This document shows, piece by piece, positions 1 through 7,241 of a DNA stretch of 13,230 nt. Position 1 is the stretch's first letter, and each line of letters begins with the position of its first letter. The position numbers and the translations under genes were made by a program. This DNA comes from a bacterium (GTDB lineage Bacteria; Planctomycetota; SZUA-567): contig QKHZ01000272.1 in NCBI GenBank assembly GCA_003249795.1, forward strand, positions 1 through 13,230. The letters are read 5' to 3'. Below the pieces are notes generated by a model that was given only the letters and a program-made list of their open reading frames with translations, was not told the DNA's origin and made no database searches.

Positions 1-349
1 GCTTTTCGTCAGCCAGAAACTCGCCTTCGGGCAAGTCCGCGCCGACCTTCGAGGTGACAATCCCGACCTTGCCGGGGGTAATAATCAGCATCGGGTGAAG
101 CTCATGCGCGTACAGAAACGGATTGAGAAAATGCCGGCCTTCACCGAGAACCGTTTCCTGAATCCCCTGCTGCCCGTCGTGGGCAAGGATCTGCCCGGGC
201 TGCAGCGCATCGCCGTGTTTTGAAATCACCACCGCCATCTGGTTCGGCGCGACATAAAAGCGGCAGAAGAACCACATCCACAGCCCCCACGCCGCAACCA
301 ACAGAATGACAGCCGGTACAAGAAAACCGATCAGTTTTGCTTTATTCAT
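1..349 (-). CDS. SPFH/band-7-like membrane protein, N-terminal part only (gene continues beyond the window start). It is a paralog of the upstream SPFH gene.
   Basis: ATG at 347-349 (minus) overlaps the TGA of the upstream gene at 346-348, giving an ATGA overlap. The translation MNKAKLIGFLVPAVILLVAAWGLWMWFFCRFYVAPNQMAVVISKHGDALQPGQILAHDGQQGIQETVLGEGRHFLNPFLYAHELHPMLIITPGKVGIVTSKVGADLPEGEFLADEK has a TM helix and the same 'KG-Q-EVL-PG-Y-NPY...PG-VG-VT' repeat unit as the upstream protein. It is not in the ORF track because it runs off the window. Confidence 0.6.
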   Translation of the reverse strand, partial: MNKAKLIGFLVPAVILLVAAWGLWMWFFCRFYVAPNQMAVVISKHGDALQPGQILAHDGQQGIQETVLGEGRHFLNPFLYAHELHPMLIITPGKVGIVTSKVGADLPEGEFLADEK

Positions 350-1863
350 TTCGAACCCTCCGCCGTGGCAGGAACAAACGCCCGCAGAATCGCACCAAGG
401 CCTGTACTACTGTCGTCACTTAAGACAGAGTCAATCATCGGCGCGATCTTTTCATAAAACTTGAGTTGAGCAAAGTTGTTTCCCGAGCCCATCGCCTGCA
501 CACCGGCAGCAATCACCGCCGCATCCGCTTCGTTATTTTTTGCAATCGCGTCGCGCTCACCGGTTGCTTTTGTCCGGATCGCGTCAGCCTGAAACGCCGC
601 CGCATCACGTTTGACCTGCGCGACTTCCAGATCCTTCTGTGCTGCGATCACCTGCACTTCCTGCTCCTGCTGGGCTGCAATCACCGCACGGATGCGGATC
701 GTTTCAGCCTCGACTTTTTCCTTATTCTGTTGCGCCAGCATTTCCTGTTTCACAAGCTCGGCCTTCGACTTTGCCTGTTCGATCTGCTGGTCAAACTTTT
801 TGGCTTCCTGCACTGCCATCTCGCGGTCACGGCTGATACTGGCGATCTGGTCGGGCACAATAATCTTTCTCACCAGAACCGAGTTGATATCGACGCCCCA
901 GTCGCGGCACTTCTCGCGCAAATGCGCTTCAAGGTCATTCTGAAAACGCTGGCGGGTTTCACCGACGATGAAATCGATCGCAGGATGTTTACTGCCTTCG
1001 ATCCGGCTGAAACCGCGTGCTCGCGGCAGGATCACCTTCTTGATAATGTCATCCATATCACCAACGCGGTGGGTCAGAAGCGCGGCCTGATCTCTCTGCA
1101 GTGCATACTCGATCGTCCCCTCGACCGTCACTGTGAAGCCGTCGACCGTCAGGAAGTTGATCACGTCATCGCCGCTCATCTCAAAGCGCTGGCTCTGCAG
1201 ATTGACCTCGACCACATTATACATATAAGGATGAAGATAATACGTCCCCGGGTCCAGCACCTCGCGCACAATCCCCTTCATGTCTTTCTCGACCAGAAAC
1301 GCATTGGCCTGTTCGGGTTGAATCGAGTCAACCAGAACATCGCGCCCCGTCAGCTGCGTCACAACCCCCACGCGCCCCGGTTGGATCGTCGTCGCGTCAA
1401 ACAGCTGCACCTGATACGCATACGGGTTCAGTCGGTATTTTCCCGGACGCAGCACTTCAGCCTGCAAACCTTTTTCATCCGCACCGGCAATAATTTTTGA
1501 CGGCGGCACGTCATTGCCGAAGAGTTTGGTCACGACCCCCATCTTGCCCGCAGGGATATCGATAATCCGCTGGATCTGCCAGCCCCATGAATATGGATTT
1601 CTGAAGTAGCGGCCTTCAGGCAACACTTCGAGCTGAATCCCCTTCTGGTCTGGCTGAGTCGCGATGATTTGCCCCCCGGGCAGTTCGCTACCGCTCTTGC
1701 GGATCAGAACCGCGATCTCGTCCGCAGCCGGTTCAATCCGGCAGAAAAACCAGAAAAAGATAACCGCGCCGACAACAAAACACGTCAGCAGCCACAACCC
1801 GGCAAAAAACAGTTTGACCTTACTCAGGCGCGCGCCTGACGACGATGATGCCCCTGGACTCAT
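346..1863 (-). CDS. SPFH/band-7 domain protein, flotillin/YqiK-like. It has an N-terminal TM helix, three tandem copies of the SPFH N-terminal beta-hairpin motif, an SPFH core and a C-terminal Ala/Glu/Gln-rich coiled coil.
   Basis: 505-aa ORF with SD AAGGAGG 7 nt upstream of the ATG at 1861-1863 (minus). There is a hydrophobic segment at residues 17-40. The C-terminal ~150 aa (EAKKFDQQIEQAKSKAELVKQEMLAQQNKEKVEAETIRIRAVIAAQQEQEVQVIAAQKDLEVAQ...) is typical of flotillin-family coiled coils. The SPFH-like core is DDVINFLTVDGFTVTVEGTIEYAL...IIVPDQIASI. Confidence 0.8.
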   Translation of the reverse strand: MSPGASSSSGARLSKVKLFFAGLWLLTCFVVGAVIFFWFFCRIEPAADEIAVLIRKSGSELPGGQIIATQPDQKGIQLEVLPEGRYFRNPYSWGWQIQRIIDIPAGKMGVVTKLFGNDVPPSKIIAGADEKGLQAEVLRPGKYRLNPYAYQVQLFDATTIQPGRVGVVTQLTGRDVLVDSIQPEQANAFLVEKDMKGIVREVLDPGTYYLHPYMYNVVEVNLQSQRFEMSGDDVINFLTVDGFTVTVEGTIEYALQRDQAALLTHRVGDMDDIIKKVILPRARGFSRIEGSKHPAIDFIVGETRQRFQNDLEAHLREKCRDWGVDINSVLVRKIIVPDQIASISRDREMAVQEAKKFDQQIEQAKSKAELVKQEMLAQQNKEKVEAETIRIRAVIAAQQEQEVQVIAAQKDLEVAQVKRDAAAFQADAIRTKATGERDAIAKNNEADAAVIAAGVQAMGSGNNFAQLKFYEKIAPMIDSVLSDDSSTGLGAILRAFVPATAEGSK

Positions 1864-1989
1864 CCCATTTCCTCCTTAGCGTTGTGTGAACCGACCTGTC
1901 TTCCTAAGCAAACCGCAACCAATCCCTCTCCGGCAATTACCGGGGAGCCTCCGACAGGCCTGTAAACATTCGTAGTTGAAAATATGCCC

Positions 1990-2031
1990 CAAACACTATA
2001 ACGGCAACTCGGAATTTCTCGCAAGAGAAAC
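1990..2031 (-). promoter_or_regulatory. Putative sigma70-type promoter for the SPFH operon, with an overlapping short inverted repeat TTTCTC-GCAA-GAGAAA (2015-2030).
   Basis: On the minus strand: TTGCGA - 18 nt - TATAGT, about 130 nt upstream of the SPFH start. The inverted repeat overlaps the -35. This is inference only. Confidence 0.25.
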
Positions 2032-2326
2032 ATTCGCATTTGGCACGAAAAACCCGGTCGCCAACCGAAAAACGAAGGTGTAACCGAAGGCATTTACGCT
2101 CCGGCACAGAAAAAAGGGTTAAAAAATCAACCAGCCAGCAGATATGCAGAAGCATTCGCCCCAGCCGATGTAAGTATCGTGAGTCAAAGCGACTGCAGCA
2201 GATGCGGACTGCCGAAGGATCATGTCCTGACACAGAAACAATCTGTATGTCGAAAACATAGTGTCATCAGTACATGGAACTGGACAAAATGCTTCAGAAA
2301 TGATAAAAAAGAATGAGGAAAAGGGG

Positions 2327-2354
2327 TTGCCAACAGCAGAAGTTTCGGTATACT
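2327..2354 (+). promoter_or_regulatory. Sigma70-type promoter of the tRNA gene.
   Basis: TTGCCA (2327-2332) - 16 nt - TATACT (2349-2354). The predicted transcription start is about 20 nt before the tRNA 5' end. Confidence 0.5.
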
Positions 2355-2379
2355 CTTCTCTTCCTGCTAGGGGATCCAT

Positions 2380-2456
2380 GGCGAGGTAGCTCAGTTGGTA
2401 AGAGCGACGGATTCATAACCCGTAGGTCGGCAGTTCGAATCTGCCTCTCGCTACCA
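2380..2456 (+). tRNA. tRNA with a CAU anticodon. It is elongator tRNA-Met or lysidine-modified tRNA-Ile2, which cannot be told apart from sequence alone. CCA is encoded.
   Basis: Cloverleaf folded by hand. Acceptor GGCGAGG/TCTCGCT is 7 bp with G1-U72 and G7-U66 wobbles. D arm is GCTC-AGTTGGTAA-GAGC. Anticodon arm is ACGGA-TTCATAA-CCCGT with the anticodon CAT at positions 34-36. Variable loop is AGGTC. T arm is GGCAG-TTCGAAT-CTGCC. Discriminator is A, followed by CCA. C11:G24 indicates an elongator type rather than an initiator. Confidence 0.9.
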
Positions 2457-2463
2457 AATAACC

Positions 2464-2492
2464 GCCTAACTCTCGATGAGTTAGGCTTTTTT
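2464..2492 (+). terminator. Rho-independent terminator of the tRNA gene.
   Basis: GCCTAACTC-tcgat-GAGTTAGGC, a 9-bp perfect stem, followed by TTTTTTATTTT. Confidence 0.8.
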
Positions 2493-2813
2493 ATTTTAAA
2501 ATCAATCCTACGCAGAAAACATTACCGTCAAACAAGCCGGGAAACAGTGACGTCTCGACCCAAGAATAATTATGACAGTTAGCCATGTAAATTGATTTGT
2601 GCCGCAGTAGCTGTTGCACCTTCTACTGTAGCATTCCCCCACCGACAAAGCCGAATACCCCATTGTCCTTACGATTGACAGGTTCAGACGATAAAGAATC
2701 CTTACCAATTACGGCTGTATACGATCACCGCATCCGGAAAAGAATAGATCCCCGCAGAAGCGTTTAAGCACGTCTAAAACCTGCGCTTTCCCTATGCAAT
2801 ACGATATCTAGCA

Positions 2814-2843
2814 TTGACACATGGCGAGGAATATATATATACT
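2814..2843 (+). promoter_or_regulatory. Sigma70-type promoter for the Cys-rich secreted protein gene.
   Basis: TTGACA (2814-2819) - 16-18 nt - TATATA/TATACT (2836-2843). An RBS AAAGGAGA at 2893-2900 lies 6 nt before the ATG at 2907. Confidence 0.45.
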
Positions 2844-2906
2844 CAAAAGGGGATGTCTGAAGGCAGAATTCGATCATCATTATAATTACTCGAAAGGAGA
2901 TTTTTC

Positions 2907-3806
2907 ATGTCATCATATTTGCCATTTATGCTCCGCATATTCGCTGTCGCCATGTTCGTTTGCTTGTCAGGGATCTCCAGTTATGCTGCCGAGTATGATG
3001 ATGTCGAAGTTGAATATCACAATAAGATTAAATATGTCAAACAGAATGCCAAATTGCTTCTCAGAACACTAGACCATTGGGACTTAGGCATATATGTTGA
3101 TGGAAAGAAGCAACGGATTTCCATCCCTGTCGAAAAAATCCGTTCCGTTGATGGGGGCACAATCGATGAGTTTCTGAAAGCATGGAAAGAAAAGCACGCT
3201 GATGAATTATGCCCGACATGCGGCGGTGACTGCACACTCGCCTGCAAGAAATGTGATGGTACCGGTGTTCTGGCAGACACGAAAGTTCCATGTAAAAAAT
3301 GCAATGGCGCAGGAAAAATCCCCTGCACAGAAAAGAACTGTAAAGATGGGCAAGTCCCCTGTCCTGGATCCTGCCTGAAACTGAGCGAGGGAGAATGGGT
3401 AAAGGGAAAACCACTTGAGGTAAAAGGGAAAAAAGTAATAAAACGTGCGGGTGATAATCAGCTATGGATCATGTTTTGGTGGAAAGATGGGTGTTGCGCT
3501 TGGAGTGAAGGGCACGTCGGTGAAATAATCAAAACGGGAGATGGGAGACCCAAAAATTTGGGGAAATGTCCGGTTTGTAAAGGAAAAGGAACTGTTCCAT
3601 GTAAAATATGCCAAGGCAAGGGAGAGCTTGAATGCCCTGTTTGTAAAGGCGAGAAAGAAGTTTCTCCTCCTTGCGATGCCTGCAAAAACGGCAAGGTCAA
3701 TTGCCCGGATTGCGCCGGTCGAGGACTTAAGGTGGACAATGCCGCAGCATGCCCAAAAAGTGAAACTGAAACAGAGAACGACTTGGCAAGCCTTCCGGTA
3801 GAATAG
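2907..3806 (+). CDS. Secreted/periplasmic Lys- and Cys-rich protein with about ten DnaJ CR-type zinc-finger-like CxxCxGxG motifs and no J domain. It is a hypothetical protein.
   Basis: 299-aa ORF with a strong RBS. The N-terminal signal peptide is MSSYLPFMLRIFAVAMFVCLSGISSYA|AE. Motifs are CPTCGGDC, CKKCDGTG, CKKCNGAG, CPVCKGKG, CKICQGKG, CPVCKGEK, CDACKNGK and CPDCAGRG. Low-GC codon usage (AAA/AAT-rich) contrasts with the flanking genes. Confidence 0.8.
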   Translation: MSSYLPFMLRIFAVAMFVCLSGISSYAAEYDDVEVEYHNKIKYVKQNAKLLLRTLDHWDLGIYVDGKKQRISIPVEKIRSVDGGTIDEFLKAWKEKHADELCPTCGGDCTLACKKCDGTGVLADTKVPCKKCNGAGKIPCTEKNCKDGQVPCPGSCLKLSEGEWVKGKPLEVKGKKVIKRAGDNQLWIMFWWKDGCCAWSEGHVGEIIKTGDGRPKNLGKCPVCKGKGTVPCKICQGKGELECPVCKGEKEVSPPCDACKNGKVNCPDCAGRGLKVDNAAACPKSETETENDLASLPVE

Positions 3807-3984
3807 CATAGAACCATTACTGAAAAGAAGTCAGGCATTCCGATATACGGCTTTACAATTTTATCGAATTCGCACAGGTATCATCTGGCGTTAGAATAAA
3901 AGACGGTTGTCGCTACGGACAAAGGAGGAATCGTTATTGTTCAACGTCAGCGGAAGTGGGAGAGATTTGGGAATTATGAGAGTG

Positions 3985-4033
3985 GAGACAGTCAAGGCGG
4001 CAGGAGCGTAGCGACCAAAGCCTTGACTGTCTC
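3985..4033. other. Perfect 14-bp inverted repeat (GAGACAGTCAAGGC ... GCCTTGACTGTCTC) with a 21-nt spacer, in a convergent intergenic region. It is a candidate stem-loop (terminator-like or regulatory).
   Basis: Arms at 3985-3998 and 4020-4033 are exact reverse complements. No U-tract follows on either strand. Confidence 0.5.
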
Positions 4034-4224
4034 ATCGGATTCGGTCAGGATATCCTCCAGCACAGAAAAGGAGAGTCCACCATAATAGGCAAATATCCAA
4101 AATAAGCTGACATCCCTGCGTATAAATTTTCAAACCCCAGAGATGCGTTTAAACGCTTTGAGCAACTGCGACTACTTTGCGCCTGATTTACAAAACTGCA
4201 AATTCTGGATAAATTTCAATCAAC

Positions 4225-4752
4225 TTATTCTCTATCTACTTTTCGAATTTCTTTCCCATTTATAAATTCAGCGAAGTAATAGCACCTTCCCGGCCTCGGA
4301 TCGAAAACCATGCATATACCATTATACGGAGAGCCATTTCTGCACTCTCCTTTTCGTTCAAGAACTCCTTGATCGTCAAACCATTCACATATTCCATGCT
4401 CAAGACCATCTTTAAATTCCTGACATTTCAATATCGTTCCTTCAGGATTATATGATCTCCAAATACCGTTTTTCCCATGTTCATTGTAATTTCCGACTTG
4501 CTTCATTATTCCACTTTCCCAATAGTCGATCCACAGGCCAGTGCATTGATCATGTGTCATTGTTCCCCGTTGGCAGATCTCACCATTTTCGAAGTAACAT
4601 TCATGGAGTCCATGCATTTTTCCATTAAGATACGTGCATCTGAACTTGAGTCGGCGATTGGGCCAGTAATATTCCCATAGGCCTGTGAAGTTATCTTCAG
4701 GCCAAAGTCCGTCACCCTCTTCATTCCAATCGATCCGTATATCATCTTCCAT
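4225..4752 (-). CDS. MORN_2 / YwqK-family repeat protein (immunity-protein-like). It is cytoplasmic and has no signal peptide.
   Basis: 175-aa ORF. It has repeated G-W-x-Y-[YW]-x-[NE]-G-x...G-x-Y-x-x-G units (GLWEYYWPNRRL..YLNGKMHG..YFENGE, GLWIDYWESGIM..YNEHGKNGIWRSYNPEG, EFKDGLEHGICEWFDDQG, RNGSPYNGICMVFD), characteristic of MORN-variant repeats. It has AT-rich codon usage. An SD-like AGGGGTG precedes the ATG at 4750-4752 (minus). Confidence 0.65.
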   Translation of the reverse strand: MEDDIRIDWNEEGDGLWPEDNFTGLWEYYWPNRRLKFRCTYLNGKMHGLHECYFENGEICQRGTMTHDQCTGLWIDYWESGIMKQVGNYNEHGKNGIWRSYNPEGTILKCQEFKDGLEHGICEWFDDQGVLERKGECRNGSPYNGICMVFDPRPGRCYYFAEFINGKEIRKVDRE

Positions 4753-5212
4753 AATACACCCCTAACCTATCCATAATATCGTTTAGAGTGCCCCAACAAT
4801 GATACAATAAAAATATCAAAAACGCTTAATTTGAAATTATGAGTTTTACCGCTTAGGCGGGAACTTACAAAAAGTAACTCTGAGCTTCATTGAACAATTA
4901 CTCAAAACGGATATCACCATGATTGGCAGATATCCAACAATAGTTGGCATCCCTCACGCGTTTCGCGCTCTTCCCTCAAGCTTTATGCAACAAAAATGCT
5001 ACAAAAAAGAAATATTTTTCAACTTTTTTCGTATATCCAGCTTTTTTTGTTTGAGTTTTTCTCCGCATTCAACAATAATCGTAAATAGATATAGTAATTG
5101 TAATGTGCGATCAGAATGTAACGAGTGGCCAAATTCGGCGGAGAACCGCCAGTCTGGGGGCTTGCGGAAACCGATAGGGGACCAAAAGCAGTGGACACAA
5201 GGGGGATCGGGC

Positions 5213-5593
5213 ATGGCTGTACTATTTGTTGAAGATGAAGGTGCGTTAGCACATGTGATGCATCTGTTTGCCGATTCGATGGGAATCGACCACGGAATGG
5301 CCTCGTGTGCCGAGGAAGCGCTGCAAGAGTTGGAGCACAAGACATACGATCTTGTCCTCACCGACCTGAACATGCCCGGCATGACCGGCATCGCCCTGCG
5401 CGAAGAGATCCGCAAACGCTGGCCGGAGCTCCCGGTTTTCGCCAACACCGCAGGGATACAGGGATATTCGACGGAGGATCTTGAACTGATTTTCGACAGG
5501 GTTTATTTCAAACCCGGCGATATTTCCCGCATGATGGCCGAAATTCTGACCGTTCTGATTCATGTGCATGACAAAAAAGCCGTCTGCGTCTGA
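5213..5593 (+). CDS. Single-domain response regulator (CheY-like receiver only).
   Basis: The start is MAVLFVEDEG, with SD AAGGGGG 7 nt upstream. The acidic pocket is VEDE. The phospho-acceptor context is DLVLTDLNMPGMTG and the conserved Lys is in FKPGD. There is no output domain. The ORF-track N-terminal extension back to 4919 is AT-rich, low-complexity and likely noncoding. Confidence 0.7.
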   Translation: MAVLFVEDEGALAHVMHLFADSMGIDHGMASCAEEALQELEHKTYDLVLTDLNMPGMTGIALREEIRKRWPELPVFANTAGIQGYSTEDLELIFDRVYFKPGDISRMMAEILTVLIHVHDKKAVCV

Positions 5594-5642
5594 CCGGAGT
5601 ATTTATTCCGCTCCGCAAAACATTAACCCCTCACACCATAAG

Positions 5643-5675
5643 CCCCTGCCTTGGATCATCGCAGGGGTTTATATT
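5643..5675 (+). terminator. Rho-independent terminator after the response regulator gene.
   Basis: A 7-bp stem CCCCTGC...GCAGGGG (5644-5650 / 5661-5667, with one further G-U at the base), a 10-nt loop, followed by TTTATATTAT. Confidence 0.6.
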
Positions 5676-5879
5676 ATCCTGTAATTTTCCGCAAATCCCC
5701 TTGCCAAGCCCTGCCTTCTCGCATTAAATAACAATATATGAATTTTAGGACATCAACATCGTGCGAAGTGTTACGCCTTCTGGCATGAGCAAATCGTACC
5801 GAAATATATTGAGCATTAGTCTCAAACGAGAAATAACACGCAATCCGGCAGCATGCCAGCAATCTGGCAAGGAGATGGA

Positions 5880-7241
5880 ATGAGCATTTTGACCAAGCGA
5901 AACTATCAAATCGGAATCGTCTGTGCCATCATCGCCGCCGCCCTATGGTTACTCTACTCCCTGCCGCTTGTATTCAACCCGTTTCTGCTGGCGCTGGCGC
6001 TGGCCTATATCCTGAACCCTCTGATCCGCGTAATGGAGCAACACGGCATCCCTCGCCGCGGCGGAATCGGGATTGTCTTTCTGGGATTACTGGTGGCGTT
6101 TCTCACATTTTCATTTATTGTCGTGCCCGCAGTCCTGAGTGAAGCCAGTCTATGGCGTGTTCAGGTCGTTGGTGAACCGCTCAACGATAAAAACAAGGAC
6201 GGCGTTTATACTCCGGGAAAAGACTCGTTCACCGACGAAAACGGCAACGGGATGTATGACGAAGGGTTTCTGATTCGCCTGACCCAGCGTCTGAAAAGCA
6301 CCTCGCCTGAGGAGAACCCTCTGCGCAGGCTTCTGTTGCGGATTACGACACCGGAAAAAGCCACCCGCCTGCAACAGGACGTCATCACCAGCATCCGCAG
6401 CAACGCATCGGAAATCGGCACCGAACTCGGTGGCATTTTAAGTGACGCGTGGTCAAACTGGCTCGGGCCGCTGATGACCAAAAGCTGGCAGGGCATCCAC
6501 TGGGCGATCAACCTGCTAATGCTCCTGATCCTGACGCCGATCTATCTGGCGTTCCTGCTGAATTCGCTCCCTGACGGATGGGCAAAGTTTGTCAGCTACA
6601 TCCCCGGCGCGATCCGTCCGCGCGTACTGGAAGTCTTGCATAAGATCGACCTTGTCCTTGCCGCGTTTTTCCGCGGACGGCTGCTCGTCTGCTCATCAAT
6701 CGGAATCTTTACGGCGCTGGGGTTCTGGATGTGCGGCGTCCGGTTCGGATTGTTGTTCGGCATGATGATCGGGATGATGTCATTTATCCCATTCCTGAAC
6801 ATCCTCGGTCTGATTCCGGCGCTGATCAGCTGCTGGATGGAGGGCTTCGGCGTCGGCGGTTATGCGATCGTCCTTGTCGTATACGGCATCGGACAGGCCC
6901 TTGACCCGCTGCTAAGCTGTCTGGTGATGGGCAAAGACCTGCAATTGCATCCGGTCACGATCCTGCTGAGCATGTTTGCCTGCGCCTCCCTCTTCGGATT
7001 TCTCGGAATGTTACTGGCGATCCCTCTGGTCGCGTCGGCGAAAATCCTGTGTCATGAACTGCTGATGCCGCACCTGATCGAACTGGCCAATGAACCTGAA
7101 AGCACCTTCATCCGTCAGCAGATTCCGCCGGACATCAGCTCAATCGATACGGTAGAGTTAATCGAAAATGAGACCGCGTCGAAGAAGACCAAGCGCAAAG
7201 GCCGCTCAACGGTCAGACGGCCCCCGCCAGAAGAATCATGA
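5880..7241 (+). CDS. AI-2E family transporter (PerM/TqsA/UPF0118-like) with a hydrophilic insert of about 110 aa after TM3.
   Basis: RBS AAGGAG 7 nt before the ATG at 5880 (MSILTKRNY...). It has multiple TM helices with AI-2E-like topology, and the conserved C-terminal half (LNSLPDGWAKFVSYIPGAIRPRVLEVLHKIDLVLAAFFRGRLLV...GLIPALIS...). The insert is WRVQVVGEPLNDKNKDGVYTPGKDSFTDENGNGMYDEGF... Confidence 0.7.
   Translation: MSILTKRNYQIGIVCAIIAAALWLLYSLPLVFNPFLLALALAYILNPLIRVMEQHGIPRRGGIGIVFLGLLVAFLTFSFIVVPAVLSEASLWRVQVVGEPLNDKNKDGVYTPGKDSFTDENGNGMYDEGFLIRLTQRLKSTSPEENPLRRLLLRITTPEKATRLQQDVITSIRSNASEIGTELGGILSDAWSNWLGPLMTKSWQGIHWAINLLMLLILTPIYLAFLLNSLPDGWAKFVSYIPGAIRPRVLEVLHKIDLVLAAFFRGRLLVCSSIGIFTALGFWMCGVRFGLLFGMMIGMMSFIPFLNILGLIPALISCWMEGFGVGGYAIVLVVYGIGQALDPLLSCLVMGKDLQLHPVTILLSMFACASLFGFLGMLLAIPLVASAKILCHELLMPHLIELANEPESTFIRQQIPPDISSIDTVELIENETASKKTKRKGRSTVRRPPPEES

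Noticed and set aside
466-1500. 344-aa plus-strand ORF.
   Set aside because: It lies entirely antisense to the well-supported SPFH gene. It is Arg/Leu/His-rich, as expected for a shadow frame of a GC-rich gene, and has no RBS.
2041-2056. TGGCAC-N5 sequence resembling a sigma54 -24 element.
   Set aside because: There is no TTGC -12 element at the correct spacing.
2119-2582. ORFs 2119-2379 (minus) and 2313-2582 (plus) around the tRNA.
   Set aside because: They overlap the tRNA, its promoter or its terminator. They have no RBS and are likely spurious.
4919-5212. N-terminal 98-aa extension of the response-regulator ORF.
   Set aside because: The extension is AT-rich and low-complexity (FFNFFRISSFF). 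It precedes a strong SD plus ATG (MAVLFVEDE) that gives a canonical receiver N-terminus.
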